From assembly GCA_043228905.1 (NCBI GenBank), contig JBHGNT010000010.1:16988001-17052000 (forward strand): a stretch of 64,000 bases of DNA. Direction: 5' to 3'. Numbering within the stretch: the stretch's first letter is position 1; every line of letters starts with the position of its first letter. The stretch comes from Azolla caroliniana (taxonomy: Eukaryota > Plantae > Polypodiophyta). The notes beneath the pieces are model-generated. The model was not told the DNA's origin. It did no database searches and was given only the letters and a program-made list of their open reading frames with translations. The translations under genes were made by a program, and so were the position numbers. This document shows positions 1 to 14,073 of the stretch, piece by piece.

Positions 1-745
1 GAACATAAGTGTCATGATTTAGCAGGATCTGTGTTACATTTGCGTGGATATTCCGCATATTATGCAGGATAGTTATCACATCATTACTCAGGGGTTGTCA
101 TGATTATTCGTGATTTGTTTTGCCCAAATATATTCTATAACGATCCATGTGGACGTTTTTTGGTGATGGAAGTCAAGTATTTTGAGGATTTGATATGGTT
201 GGTAGGAATCTATGCACCTGATTATTAGTGGACTGTGTTGGTATGATAATGGGTGATTTTAATATGTGTGTTGATGCTTCACAATCTACTTCACTATTCT
301 CATTGATGGATTCTCTTGAGCTAGCAGTTTGGGACAAATTAGCATCAAAGGTTTTGAAGTTGGATGTATGGAAATGGTTGCATCAAGATGATGTTGGGTT
401 TACATTTCAGTCTATGCAATATAAGGAAACATGGAGTAGGTTAGATAGAATGTATGTTATGCATGATGACTCCTTTTTGCCAAATATGTTTAATATGTCA
501 ATTATGCAAGAGGTTGTGACATCGGATCATTTTCCCATATATTTTGAGTTCAATAAACATGGGGTAGATATGTACAAAACATTGCTTGATCGAGTTCCTT
601 TGAGGTTTAATTATTCTTTATTATTACATTCCTTATTTGATGCCTATATGCAACAAATTTTTGGCATGTTATCAAAACAAGTTATTTCAAAAGGATGGCA
701 TGCATGGGATACAACACTACAAAACATCGATGATATTCACCGTCT
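1..745 (+). pseudogene. Degenerate non-LTR retrotransposon (LINE) APE-type endonuclease fragment
   Basis: ORF 228-914 carries the EEP motifs IMGDFN, SRLDR and SDHFP. No RT domain follows. The ORF tail reads into unrelated sequence, so the boundaries are approximate. Confidence 0.7.
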
Positions 746-748
746 GTA

Positions 749-1783
749 TGGTATCATAACAAGTTATTTCAAAAGAATGGCACGCATGGACCCGGAGATA
801 GAAGTAGTGGCCGAACAGGCCACGGAGCCAAAGCTAGAGGAAGTGGTGCAAGAAGCTATGTCGGTAGTTGCAGACCAACGACTAGGTTTTTCGGCCGAGC
901 TCCACCTATACTAGTTGAAGCAAGAATAGGCAACTCAACAAGACGTCGCCCAAGAAGTCGTATTAGAATTTGCAAACCAAGGGCTAGAATTGTCGGACGA
1001 GCCGGAGCAAGTGGAGAGACTCATGGCAATTTTGGAGGAGAAATAAGTGTATCATAGCATTTTCGATTTCGATTGTTTTGGTTGGTTTTGGGTTTGACGC
1101 GTAAGGCACTATCCCATGGGTGTGCCAAGTGTTAACTGTGGGACAAAAGGCACGAGGTGTGGAAAGAATCTTAAAGAAAGAGTGTGGAAAAGAACACGCA
1201 GGTCATGTGTGAAAAGAGGAAAAGAGCCGAGCACTAGCAACCGAAGGGGAAGGCAACCGAAATACATGTAGTTCTGAATAAATGTCGAGAATCAGGAAAG
1301 AGTAGTGGAAGCGCAAGAAGAGGAGAGGAGGCTATATAAATCAAGAAGTAGCAAAAGCAAGGAGAACGAAATATATCCCTAATTCGAGCTAGAGTGCTTG
1401 AGTTTTAGACCTGTAGTATGAGAGTGAGAGGTACCGACTTTACTCGGTTTTGTAATACCAGTGGATCATCTATTCAGTAATCAATTTCATAGACGTATTA
1501 GATTTATCCTTTGCTTGTTTCATCTTAAGTTTTATTGTGATTGTGTTATCCCTTTTAAAAGTCGTGAGTATGAATCGGTTGAAGCCGATTCTCAGAGTGT
1601 ACAACCCAAGAAGGTGTAATGTTCAGCCCCTACTTGGCTCTACCCTAGTCCCTTACGCGACAACGATTCGTTGACCCGATTACTACGGAAGAGTCATCGA
1701 AGGTGTTTCTCCAAGAGAGAGAGAACCAATAATTCATTTATAATTTCTCCACATAAGCCAAACACTTCATAGCTCACATTCAC
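749..1783 (+). mobile_element. Possible truncated LTR-element remnant (PBS-like site, short acidic ORF, LTR-like segment)
   Basis: TGGTATCA (tRNA-iMet PBS-like) at 749 and TATA-like CTATATAAA near 1332, in a segment running roughly TGTTAAC (~1129) to TTCACA (~1783). No second LTR or TSD found. Confidence 0.3.
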
Positions 1784-1789
1784 AAGGAT

Positions 1790-2060
1790 CAACCATAATT
1801 TCAATGTTAGACTTTAGAGGCTCAGCAAGCATTTGAGATATTGAAGGTAGCTTTAAGAAAGGCCCCTATCATTGTCTATCTTGATCTCCTCAACTCAACA
1901 ATAGTTCCTCTATATGCGATGATTGGAACTAGTTGACAATCAACCATGGGTTCTTGCATTTCCAGAACAATTGCATTTATGTCCTTGATAGATGGAGTCG
2001 AATCAAAATCTTGAAGTTGTGCCATGAATTTATGTTAGGCTATTTGGGACCACAATCCAA
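1790..2060 (+). pseudogene. Highly decayed Gypsy pol fragments
   Basis: Translates to AQQAFEILKVALRKAPII (RT-RNaseH linker-like) and ILKLCHE (start of an integrase Zn-finger-like region), with frameshifts and stops. Confidence 0.35.
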
Positions 2061-4407
2061 TAAATTAATTCGGTGACCTTCCAAGCTTCTTGTTTTGTTC
2101 CGATATCTTGTTTCGTGATCACGAGTAAGAGTGATTGTGGAGTACCAACAATCTTCAATAGCAATAATGTTCCTAATTGAGCTAGTATCCTTTGTACTTT
2201 GGTTTGCCAAAATAGAATTATCATTTCGTACTCCATACTCGGTAGTTTGTGCCAAAAAGTTTGATGATGCCTAGGCCGTGGCTATACTAAAGGGCTATTC
2301 AAATTAACATTCGTCAAGGATGGTGCATGATCTTTAATGGTTAGCTTTTTTTATACTCCTTAATATGATACCATGGAATTACGAATCGCGTAGATGATAA
2401 AGATTCTACGTTAGCTTTGTGTATGGATTCAATTAGAACGATGTACAATGATGTGACTAAGTAGTTGCCAATAATGTCTTTGCAATGAAACATAATGTCC
2501 CTTAAAAGGCGTGTCTTAGATGAAGGGCCGCATCTTTTTGTGTATTCACATTTTATTTTTTGTTGTTTTTTCTTATTTCACCATTTATAATTTGTTTATT
2601 TTAACATGTAACAAGACTTTTATAGGAAGATAACAAACAAAACTTTTAAACAAGTGGCACTTTTTTGGGAGTCTATTAGGCTTTGGTGTACTTAGATAAA
2701 CCTTAATATTGAATGCTTGCCTATATGTATTACTAGCCCTTGCCCTTGCCCCTAAATACTAGCCTACCAAAATGAAATGCTTATTATTTATTAAGAGAAC
2801 TCCATATTTACCAAGCACTTAATAATCCTATTCTTGGTTAGTGATTCATTGTTAAAATTGTATAAACATGAATGTATCCAATTCACGGGTGAATGATATA
2901 TAATTATATATATAAAGACTAGTGCAATGCATCATGAGGTTATGAGTAATGACAAACATGAAATAGTACTTTGATAATAAAATAAAATAAAAGCTCATGA
3001 AGTATAATATTGTTGATCCTTCCAATCTCCTAGAGTATACATTCTTTTATTTAAAATAGGTGGGTGGTAGTGGAAGCCCATGATTGTGAGTTGACTTCCG
3101 ATTGAGTAATTACATTTGAATAATAGAATTTGGTTCCATGCATCAAGAATTTACATTCAAATGGAAGTGTGAGGTGCAAGAGGCAAGGAAGGAATCATGA
3201 TGAGCTTCAGTCGTAAGGTGATCGCTAGTAGAGTTCATGTAAACGAGGTTATCGTGATCGTCATGGTCATTGGCGGGCGGACTCGATATCGTGAAGGGCG
3301 GGTGGGCAAGGGGCAAGGGGGAGAATTATGAAAAGTAGGGGAGGGGTAACAGGTTAGATTCTGAAATTATGAAAGATGAGGAGTGGGGTAGTCTAAAAAT
3401 TAGGGGAGGGGTAGAATGATAAATTTTAAAGTTAGGTTTCATAACCATTTAAATTACACCTTTTGCTTAATAACCACCTGTAAATTGATGGCATATTTCT
3501 AAGGTTTCTAGTCGTTGAAGCCTAAATATCATATACATATGTATATATTTGCACTTTCCGTGCTTGCTTGTTGTTTGGCGCCCTCTCTTTATAATATCAT
3601 TGATTCATTAGCAAGCTTTTAACTCATAAAACAAGTGCATCACTCCATCCCAGCATCTATGTTAGATGTGAAACACCCCATCCCATTCTATACTTTGACA
3701 TGTGAAAGGTGGTTTCTACCTTAGCTAGTACATACTAATGGGCCTAAAGATCGTATTCCAAATTCATATCGGCCAGGAACAATGAAAAAGGAATTCAACA
3801 AAGTAAGAAAAGCAAAGGTACGGTACGGTACGGTTGTGAGATATTAGAATTGCAAATCAAGACAACCAATGATATGCATAAATCCTTGGCTAGCATCACC
3901 GGAGATTATGTTGCTCAACGCTTACAGTGAAAGCAATTGCTGGACTAATGGTGCATGTATCCCTTTCCTTGCTACGAACATAATTCTCTCACCCAAACAA
4001 TCACAAATATTCTGAGATGAGGTTTGGAGTGTCAATGCAGGGCAGTGACTCATCCATACATATGTTAAATGTTATTGCTGGAGCTCATTACTTAAATTAT
4101 CCCACACAGATTCAGAGACAAATTGGAGTCAAAGCAAGGTGCATTTCCTCATTCATTATATATACACATTTTATTTACAAGAGGCGCCTCGCCTACCTAA
4201 CCTTTGATGAGACATTATAAGCATATTTAGTAGAAGCTTATACATGTGCAGGTATGTATGTATGTATGTGCGGAGCAAAATTGTAGGACTCGAGATGAGA
4301 CCAAAAAGTAGAAGAAAGATCATGCGGTTAGTTCCGTCTCTTTCCAATACTGAAGGCAGGCGGGCAGCAATTAGAAATGCCTCTGTGTGTTGTTTGTGTG
4401 TATGTCG

Positions 4408-6211
4408 TCATCCTTCTTTTTTGACGAGGACTCCATTAGATAAATCATCAGAGATTTTATGATGAAACGATGTTATTAGACTCCGTGCATCATCCAAGAG
4501 GACCCATATATTCAGATTTCCTGACATGCCATTGCATTCTTCAAGCACCTCTTCCATGCACACGCAGTTGTCCATGATCACCCTTCGTTTCTGCCTTATT
4601 GCAGCAGCTATGACATAAAGGAGTAGATCATTAGTGGGTGGGGCTTTACCCCGACCTCGCCTGCAGGACATCTTCACTTTATCAAGCCTCACTGCAGTTC
4701 GATCTGCCCAGAGAGTCTCCCAGAAGGATATTGTTTGCTCATAGGACAGTTCTCTCCTCATGAGGACCACTACCATTCTGTAGATGAAATAGCAGTCAAC
4801 AGCACCAATCTTCTCAAAATGCTTGTAAAGCTGCGGATCACTGTGCTTCACAATTCGGGAAACTGTTTGCAATTGCCGCTTAATACCCTCTTCATCCATC
4901 CTGAAGTTGTGCCGAGCAGCATCCATAAATGATGCAAAGCACCAGAAGGCTTGATAATCTTCATCTAAGTGGGCAACGAATGGTGATAGAAGGTCACTCA
5001 TTCCTTGGCAGTATCCAATCTCAGGATCATATAAGGCATATACTTCCAGTATGGACACCAATCTTGCAGCGTGATGTTGCAAGGATGGCTCTAATATATT
5101 ATCCCTCAAGCCCACCTCCATAGCTAGTTGATTGGCTACTCCTTTTGATATGTTTGCTTGAGAGGAAGAGAGTTGAACCCAGTCAGCATTTATGCGCACT
5201 GCATCCAGCCTCATAATTCGCTGCCAATTGATAAATTCTTGCTTCGCCTTGGCATCCATTTCGACCAAACCGGACTTGCTTCTCTGAAATGCCACCAATC
5301 TGTCTGCTTCCATTCCTTCACATGGGATTACATCTTCAGAGGTCATCTTTCTCTGGGATGAGATACTCTCGCGTACGACTTTACATCTCCATTTCAAATC
5401 CTCGTACACTTGGCTACAAATAGACGAAGAAACAATCTAGAGTGTGAATCGTGCGGGTTTGCATTTTTTTAATTTCCTTTAATTATTATATTATTACCTT
5501 CTCACGAGTCTTTCTTCCTCCCTTTCCTTCTGTGTGCTTTCCAATCCGTAGCTGCAAAACAAAACAAATTGGATGAGACAGAGACTCATCAAGCCAGAAA
5601 CAGAAAAGATTTCAGTGTGAGAGAAATCCCATACAAGTTCAATAGGAAAGGCCAGACTTCAGCCCGTATGCTGGCTTCCACACCCTGCTCAAATAAAGAA
5701 GATGTAAGCTGCAATTCACTATTATCAGACCTATAGTCTCAAACAAAATAAATAGAATATGTACGCACCCCATGGCGAACCCTTTGCAAAATTTTGTTAC
5801 CATTGAGTAATCGCCCTGTTTCTTTGTCAAATGCATTCTTCCATTGCTTTGGTGTGAGGGGGAGGCAGTTCTTCTTACCATTCTTAGGCAGGTGCCTATC
5901 ATATTCACAAAAGAAAGATAAACTCTATCATAACCTTAACAAACAGAAAAAATAAAGCCGCATACATTTAGTATAAAGTAAAGGTTTTTCCTCTAATATC
6001 TTCTCCAAAAAACAAACAAGGCTTTTGTTTTCAGAAGATACATCAACTGTTTAACGAGGGTTGCTGCACAGACATGGACAACGCTTTTCTTTTACAACTA
6101 TTTGACGATTTGCATACGTAGACACAAACGGTAAAACAAACACCTTCTCCTTTCAGAATAAGAAACATACCTGTTCAAGGACTCGCAACCACAAACAGAC
6201 AGAGCTTTCAT
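4408..6211 (-). CDS. TBC-domain Rab GTPase-activating protein (Ypt/Rab-GAP, gyp1p superfamily), copy 1, ~425 aa
   Basis: Predicted exons 6211-6171, 5895-5769, 5684-5635, 5551-5498 and 5413-4408 with GT-AG introns total 1278 nt in frame. Motifs GVEASIRAEVWPFLL, IMRLDAVR (Arg finger) and GYCQGMSDL (Gln finger). The first coding exon is less certain than the rest. Confidence 0.9.
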
Positions 6212-6898
6212 TACACAATATTTACGTATAGCCATTTGACAATTAGAAAGCATACATAGGTACAAAGGGAATGCAAATTTCTTTTATGTTCAGAATAAGA
6301 AATATACTGTGAAAGAAATTTCACGCACAAACAGACACAGCTTTTCTTTCACAATATATATAGCATACATAGACATAACCGGGAATACAAAAATAACTGT
6401 TAAAGAATTTTGAAGCACAAACTGATATGAGAGAGAATTGTAAAAAGCAATTGAGTTCGGAAGATGATAATTAGCTGTTTGAGAATTTATACGCACGAAG
6501 ACACATACAAAACGGAAAGACTTATGCAAGCAATTCCCCATGTATATAGCTCACAAGAAGAAAGAGACAAAATAAAGAGCTTTCTTTCACAAGTCTACAC
6601 AAATACCTAAAACACCAGAAACCTTCCTTTCCCGTTGCAAAAAACACATAGTCTTTGATCAGAAAACCCTATTAGAACTGTTCAGATCCTTGGAGAAGGT
6701 CAATGCTCAGCGAAATCTTACAGAAGACAGTAAAAAAACCCGACTAAAAACACCTCTTGAAACTTCGAAAGGGGATTGAGAATACAAACCAAGAAATAGG
6801 AGGTTTCTTGAATCAAAAGAAGATTCTGTAGACTACTTACTTTCTACCGTTTAGAGATATAATGCTGATTGTCATTGCCAGCAGCTTCACCTACAAGC

Positions 6899-8323
6899 CT
6901 GTTGCAGAAACGTTGACATCAAGACTTCCATAATTCCGCAAAGAATTAAACGAAACGGAGGAGAGGGGCAAACGTCTCCTTTCACAGAATAAAAATACCT
7001 CGAAGCTGGAAACGCCTCCTTCCACGGTAAATTAATACCTCCCAGGCAGTCTAGGAACGAGCCTCTGTGCCAAACAGCAATGGATTCTCCTCCAGATAAT
7101 AGAACTGTAAGAGTTGCAGAAACGTTGACACGAAGACTTCCACAATTCCGCATGGCTCTAAAAGAAATAAAAGAAAGAGAGAAACGCCTCCTCCCGCAGT
7201 AAATTAATACCTCCCAGGCAGCGTAGGAGCAAAGCTCTGTGCCAAACGGCAATAGATTCTCCTCCTCAGAACAGAACTGTAAGAGTTGCAGAAACGTTGA
7301 CATGAAGACTTCCACAATTCCGCATAGCTCTAAAAGAATAGAAGAAAGACGGAAACGCCTACTTCCACAGTAACTTAATACCTTCCTGGCAGTCTAGGAA
7401 CGAAGGTCTGTGCCAAACGGCAATGGATACTCCTTCTCAGAACAGAACTGTAACAGTTACAGAAACGTTGACATGAAGACTTTCACAATTCCGCATGGCT
7501 CTAAAAGAAGTAGAAGGACGAGGGAAACGCCTCCTTCCGCAGTAACTACATACCTCCCAGGCAGCGTAGGAACAAAGCTCTGTGCCAAACGGCAATGGTT
7601 TCTCCTCCTCAGAACGGAACTGTAAGGGTTGCAGAAAAGTTGACATGAAGACTTCCACAATTCCGCATAGTTCTAAAGGAAATAGAAGAAAGACTGAAAC
7701 GCCTACTTCCGCAGTAAAATAATACCTCCCAGGCAGTGTAAGAACAAAGCTCTGTGCCAAACGGCAATGGATTCTCCTCTTCAGAACAGAACTGTAAGAG
7801 TTAGAGAACCGTTGACATAAAGAATTCCACAATTCCACATAGCTCTAAAAGAAATAGAAGAAAGACGGAAACGCCTCCTTCCACCGTAAATTAATACCTC
7901 CCAGGCAACGTAGGAACAAATCTCTGTGCCAAACGGCAATGGTTTTTTCCCCTTCTCAGAACAGAACTGTAAGAATTGCAGAAACGTTGACGTGAAGACT
8001 TCCACAATTCCGCATGGCTCTAAAAGAAATAGAAGAAAGAAGAAAACGGCTCCTTCCGCAGTAAAACAATACCTTCCAGGCAGCGTAGGAACGAAGATCA
8101 ATGCCAAACGGCAACGGATTCTCCTCCTCGGACCAGAACTGTAAACTGTAAGAATTGCAGAAACGTTGATACAAAGACTTCCACAATTTTGCATAGCTCT
8201 AAAAGAAAACAGAAGGAAGGGGAGGGGGAAACGCCTCCTTCCAAAGTATAATTATACCTCCCACGAAGCGTAAGAACGAAGCAGTGCACCAAACGGCAAT
8301 GGATTCTCCTCCTCGGAACAAGA
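6899..8323 (-). repeat. ~172-bp tandem array, ~8 diverged units, upstream of TBC copy 1
   Basis: GTTGCAGAAACGTTGAC-like motif at ~6901, 7113, 7285, 7456, 7628, 7800, 7975 and 8155. Confidence 0.95.
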
Positions 8324-8518
8324 AGGAGAAAATTCAGGGGGAGCTAAGGATTAGAAGGGGGGGGAGATGGAGGAAAAGAATGGTAATGAAAGGAGGAAGA
8401 AGAGGAGGGGAGGGAGGGAGTGATGGAGTGATGGAGTGATGGAGTGATGGAGGGGCCAAACAGGAATGGCGAGCTCCACCAAGAAACCCTAAAAATTCAA
8501 GGAGCAGGGAAGATGGAA

Positions 8519-8616
8519 ATGGGAGCTCAAGGAAGCCAGGAGAAGTGAAGCTTTTTTTATATGAAGATGAAGATGGGAGCTCAAGGAAGCCAGGAGAAGT
8601 GAAGCTTTTTTTTATA
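8519..8616 (-). promoter_or_regulatory. Mirror copy of the duplicated TATA-like element
   Basis: Reverse complement of 58630-58727. Confidence 0.45.
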
Positions 8617-10348
8617 CATATGTATGTGCAGTGTGTGTGTGAGAGAGAGAGAGAGGGAGAGGGAGAGCTTCAAATTTTAAAGTCTATTTACACAGGACGC
8701 TGCCCCTCTCGTAAGTATGTATGTATAATGTATATAATGTAACACATCCGGGCATCCCTTCGAACTTTTCAGTCTATTTACACCGGATGCTACCCTTCTC
8801 CTCTCATATGTATGTAAAAACAAAAACTTTGAGGCCTCGCCACCTCTTCCTCTCCCTTGAGATTTGGTTCATCATCGATCAAATCACACCCTGCCTACAT
8901 TGGAATCCAATTTTTATTTATTTTTATCACCAATGACCTGTCATAACCTTCGTGCGAGGGACTTCCAACTTCTAATCACATGATTGGTCGCCGATACGCA
9001 TTGTTGCAACCAAACAATTCCCTTTTGTTCAATTGTTCTCTGCGATGGAGACATTTTTCCTTTTCCGCAATTGAACATCTCGAAAGAAAGAAAACGTTGA
9101 TTTTCGACAGAAGCTGATTTCGTCAGAGGAAATCCAAATCAAATACATAGTTCAAGTTTGCCATGTGCCTCAACGACACCCACTCTCTGGCGAGCCATAT
9201 CCTCGTGGACAGATGTGTTTGTGCAACATTCAAAAATATATGCGTCCCTTGGATGCATACTTTTTATGTTACACCATGAGGGCATGATCCATCTATTGTT
9301 TTCTTGTCATCGTCTACATTGGGGCAATTTGGCTTCTTCATAGTTTGAGTTGCAATAGGATTCAAGGGAACAAGAAAATCATCAAATGTGGAGAAAGAGA
9401 ATGTATGGTTTTTGAGGGTTGATGCCAAAACTATCTCCATGGTTGGCAAAATGCTTTTTTCAAGTTGATATTTGTTTCTCTTTGTTGAGAGTCGAACTCA
9501 ACTTACCATAGTAATAGGTTTCACACTAGCTCATGGACATACCGGTGTCGTGAAGAATTTCGGCCAGAGGCGGAAACCGGGAAACATTGGCTACATCGGC
9601 GGGGTGCAGCGTGTGTACGCACCCATGTACATTTAGTGTGAATAACGAGGGCGCCTTTATGGCGCCGAAGAGTAGTCAAGTCGGGACAGACGGTCCCATG
9701 TAAGTCGGGGTTTATCCCACATTGTAACACATCCCTGTCCTTGTTCTATAAAAGGAAGGGAACACCCTTTGTGAAAGGGGTTGCCCATTTTGCATTAGAG
9801 GGTATACCGTTAGGTTTAGAGTTAGTTTCTTCTTCTTCTTCTCCCCCTTCGTGTTCGCTTAGGGTTGGCTTGGGTTCGGCCTCCTGTGCAAGACCCCGCT
9901 CGGCGCGATGAGCTAAGAGCTCCCCGACGGCGGCTTGGCAGCAGACGACTACTGTAACCTACCTCAGTCCGGCTCGAAGCCGGGAATGTATTCTTCTTCT
10001 ATATATGTATATATACGTTTGCGTCTGTCTATATATATTGGCGTCTTTGTTGGTGTCGGGTGCTTTCCCTTTCCTGCGTTTCTTGTACATGAGGGCGTGA
10101 GCTGTGTGTGTGCGTGTGCGTGTGCGTGCGTGCGTGCGAGTCGGTGTCAAGCGCGCGCTCCCTCTCTTTCTCCCTTTCCCTTTGGTTGCTTCCGGTGTGC
10201 TTCTGGGATGCCCCGAAAACGGTGAAGTGCGACTTCCTACGCTCCATCGCTCCCTAGTCCAAGACCCCCGTGGTCCCGCCTTTCTCCACGCACGCGCGTA
10301 ATAACGCGACATATTTGGTGAACCCGACGTGAAAGGCGGCAAGGGAGG

Positions 10349-10849
10349 ATGGAGTCGGAAGACGACGACCTTGCGGAGATGGTGGCCGAAGTGGTGTTGG
10401 AGTCGGCACGAGTGGTGATGAGGCGAGAAGCAGCGCAACAAGCGGTTGAGCGAGTGGTCGAAAGAGTCAGCCGTTTCAACGGGGACAAAGTCCCATCTTA
10501 CTTGGAAGCCTACAACGCGGAAATGGAGGAGCGTGGTGTAGACGAGGCGTTGAGGCTGGAGTTATTCTGTCGGGTCGTAGCTGTACGGATGCATGCGGAA
10601 GTAAAGGAGCTCCGTGAGGCTCATAGTTCGTGGGAGGCCTTCGAAGAGGCGCTCCTGAAGGCATACGGAGGACGGCGGAAGAGCCGGGGACGACACGACT
10701 TCGACCAGTGGGTAGCATCGGCAAAGACCCACCGGGGCGCGACGAAGGCGTTCCGAGAGTTCGAGCGACAGCTTGCTCGACTCCCAGAGCGGGAACAAGG
10801 TTTGGTGGGGGCGGACAAGGTCCTATTGTTCGTCAGGTCGATCAACTGA
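10349..10849 (+). pseudogene. G3 gag N-terminal fragment
   Basis: VSRFNGDKVPSYLEAYNAEM and DKVLLFVRS align by eye with G2 gag IGRFDGKDATKYLASYGAEM and SRVLLFVKS. Premature stops follow. Confidence 0.8.
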
Positions 10850-12188
10850 GCGGAACGGGAGGCCATCGGGATTGAGCTCGAAGACGATGACGGAGCGAAT
10901 GGGCTTACGGAGGACTAGTCGAAGGTAGGAAGGGTGTGCCAACGGCTAGACAAAGAGCGAGCCGAGAAGGCTAAGAGGAAGGGACGCGACGGCGTGCCAT
11001 CACAACAGGAAGAGGCCGAACGGCAGAGAGAGTCGGCAAAGGTCGGCGTTGGGGCCAGGATTGCGGAGGCGTACGCAGCTCTCGAGGCGATGCTCGAGGA
11101 GGAGGAAAGACGGAGGCCGCATGCTGAGACTGAGAAGATGGACTTGCCCCACGTGACGGCGGAAGATTGGTACGACGGTACCACGGGAGAGGATGCGGAA
11201 CGAAACGCCCTCTCGACTTGCAGAGATAGAACGGCCAAGGACGAGGCCGAGATACCGATCGCGGAATCGGAACGTTGGGACCAGCGGTTTCGGGCGTGTC
11301 AGCCCGAGATCCCGGTCATTGGGGAAGCAAGCCCAGACGGGGCTTGCGCGATCGGTAAGAAGACGACCGCCGACCACGAAGAGTCGGTGGCTACGGACAA
11401 GGGCGTAAAACGGACGGGCGATTCTTTGTGTCTTCCCACACTTGCTCCCGAGACGATGGCAGTCGGGCCCGAGTGCCCACATGAGTCCCAAGCAGAGGAA
11501 GGCGGCGGAAGGCCAAGAATCATCGGCGAGACGATACGGGGAAGGAGCGGACGAAAGCCCACGGACCCGATTCCGGAGAACTCGGCATTCGGGCCCGTAT
11601 GCCCATGTAAGACCGAGGAGATGGATGGCGGTACCGAGGAGTCCTGGCACGATGCCAGCGAAGACGAATGGGAAACGGCCTGCGAGGAGGCCGAGGACGG
11701 AAGCGGCACGAGAAGATCGGCATTCCGATTCGTATGGAGCAAAATCCGGTCGTGGATCGTTCGATAGGGGCCGGATTCGGCATAAAGGTGCCTATACGGG
11801 AGAGGGTGCGGGACGAGCCGCCCTCTTTTACATGGGGAGAAAGACCGACCGGGCAAAGGTCGAGAGTTGGAAAGAGAATGCAAGCCGGTCCTATGGGATT
11901 CCTTACACCGATCCGGATGTAGGCCCGAGGGCCGGCGTGAGTCCTATAAGAGAGATCGGTGGCGACAGGAGAACGGGACTCGGCAATCCGGAGAAGGACG
12001 AACGGACCCGGACGAGAACCGGGCAGAACGGACTCCCAGATGACCATTCCGGGAGGGAGGAAGAGAGCAAGGCCTACGAAGAGGCCGAGGAGACGGTACG
12101 TCGGTACCACGGGAGAGGGTGCGGAGTAAACCGCCCTCTCGGCATGCGGAAAAGGACGACCCGGGACAGGGTCGGAAAATACGGAGAG

Positions 12189-12412
12189 AAGCCTACGGAG
12201 GATCCTTCACACCAGTTCTAGAGACTTCGGCAGTCGGCAACGCGGTCGACGTGAGACCAAGATACTGACGGTGGCGGCGAGGTGACGAAGGCAAGGGCTA
12301 CGGATCGGAAGCCTACGGAGGATCCTTCACACCGGTTCTAGAGACTTCGGCAGTCGGCAATGCGGTCGACGTAAGACCAAGATACTGACGGTGGCGGCGA
12401 GGTGACGAAGGC
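12189..12412 (+). repeat. ~120-bp-period direct duplication inside G3 (mirror at ~54834-55057)
   Basis: GAAGCCTACGGAGGATCCTTCACACC...GGTGACGAAGGC occurs twice. Confidence 0.85.
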
Positions 12413-13429
12413 TATGGGCGTAAGGAAGTCCGGTCCTATGGGACCCTCACACCGATCCGGAGACCACGACTGTTCGGCCAACGTGGCAACATAAGACCGA
12501 GGGAGAAGGACGGTGGCGGCAGGGAACAGGACCCGACGACATGAGGTTTCGGAAGGAGCCGGTAGGGGCAAACACGGGGAGGTGTGTCAGGCTGGAAAGG
12601 CACACCTGGGACAGAACAAGAGTCTCGCAAGTGGCCATCGCGGGCCGGATCGAAGCGTGACTACGAGACGGTGTTCGGCGCGGGCGGGGCCGAACGAAGG
12701 AAGCGGAAGACGGCACAAGGGAGGTGCTGAGAACGAGGTGACAAGTGCCTAGTGGACTACACCGGGTCGGGGTTAGGGGATGGCAAGAGAGGCCGGAGGA
12801 GGATCCTCCACACTTGCTTCGTAGATCTCGGTAGCTCCGTCGAAGTAGCGAAGTCTGACACGGCAAGCCGGGATGACAAGCTGGTGGGGGCGAGGGGATG
12901 ACGGCAAACGGAAGACTTAGGACCTACGGGCTACTACGGGGTGTTCCTCGGATGCAAAGGACACCAGTATGCGGGGAGCGGCGATGCACGATCTGACCGA
13001 AAAGGGATCCTCCACACCGTTCCGGAGACCATGGCGGTTCGAGCCGACGCGGCGATGTAAGACCATGGAGAAGGAAGGTGGCAGCGAGAGGACAAGGGCA
13101 TACGACGGGAGCAGGGCGTTCATACGGCCGAACAAGGGCCAGCGGAAGTACGCGTACTACGGAGATCGCGGTAGAGGACCCATCGACGGGTCGAACGAGC
13201 CTACGGGGAGGTAAGCGTGAAGGAAGAATCGAAGCCGACGGATCAAACCGGCAGCGAGCCGAGATGCGGATCACGGAAGACCGGTTTCTCACCGGCCGAA
13301 ATCTCTCACCCTTCAACCGGACTTGGCACATACCGGTGGATGTGTGGTTAGGTGGGGGCGGATGTCGTGAAGAATTTCGGCCAGAGGCGGAAACCGGGAA
13401 ACATTGGTTACATCGGCGGGGTGCAGCGT

Positions 13430-14073
13430 TGTCGTGAAAAAAACCGTCCACAAGCGGAATCGGTGCACCGGAGCGTAGGAACCGGCTCTTCATGCACATA
13501 CGTCTTATGTAGTACATAAGAGAGAATTAGGTACATAGAAGATCCTAGGTAGGTAGATTCGGTAGGTAGGAAGTTAATGGGAAACAACTCCTTTCTTGCC
13601 TATAAAAGGAGGGAGACGGGGAGGAGAAAAGGGGGATCGCGGTTAGAGAGGACGAAGTGCTGTCGAGTTGTCGGCCGAAGGCTTCTCTCTCTTCCAAACT
13701 CCGTAGCTTCTTTCTGTGCAGGTTCGGGAGGCTCGCGCTGCTCTGAGGAATGCCCGAGTGCTTCCGGCAGCACCTCCAACCTACTCCATTCTTTCTGTGC
13801 GTTTACGAACAGGCATCGGCATATGTTCGCCGGCCTGTTCGGTTGTAACCGACTTCGTGCTTCTTGTTGTTTGTCCTTGTTAATATATATATACATACAT
13901 TCGTGTCTCTCTGCGTTGGTGTCCCACTCGCGTCTTGTGTTGAAGGGACGTGAACCTGTGAATCTACGCCCACACGTAGTGGGTCCCTTCCCTTCTCCTT
14001 TGTCTCTTGCTCTTCGGTACAAGACCCCCGAGGCCCCGCCTCATTCCACGCATCCGCGAGGAATACCTCGACA
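13430..14073 (+). mobile_element. Solo LTR (644 bp) of the Trp-Gypsy lineage inside the G3 3' LTR
   Basis: TGTCGTG...CGACA ends. TSD GCGT at 13426-13429 and 14074-14077. The empty site in the G3 5' LTR (~9609) has a single GCGT. Confidence 0.92.

Noticed and set aside
6899-8323. 172-bp array as a CRISPR array or structural RNA gene cluster
   Set aside because: Whole units are homologous with no unique spacers, there are no cas genes and the context is eukaryotic. I found no 5S, tRNA, snRNA or C/D-box match.
8483-8492. AAACCCTAAA as interstitial telomere
   Set aside because: Single unit only; at most a telo-box.
10316-10333. tRNA-Trp and tRNA-Met matches (also 32952, 43851, 15066, 20433, 41890)
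   Set aside because: These are 11-18-nt complements of tRNA 3' ends next to LTRs, so they are primer-binding sites and not tRNA genes.
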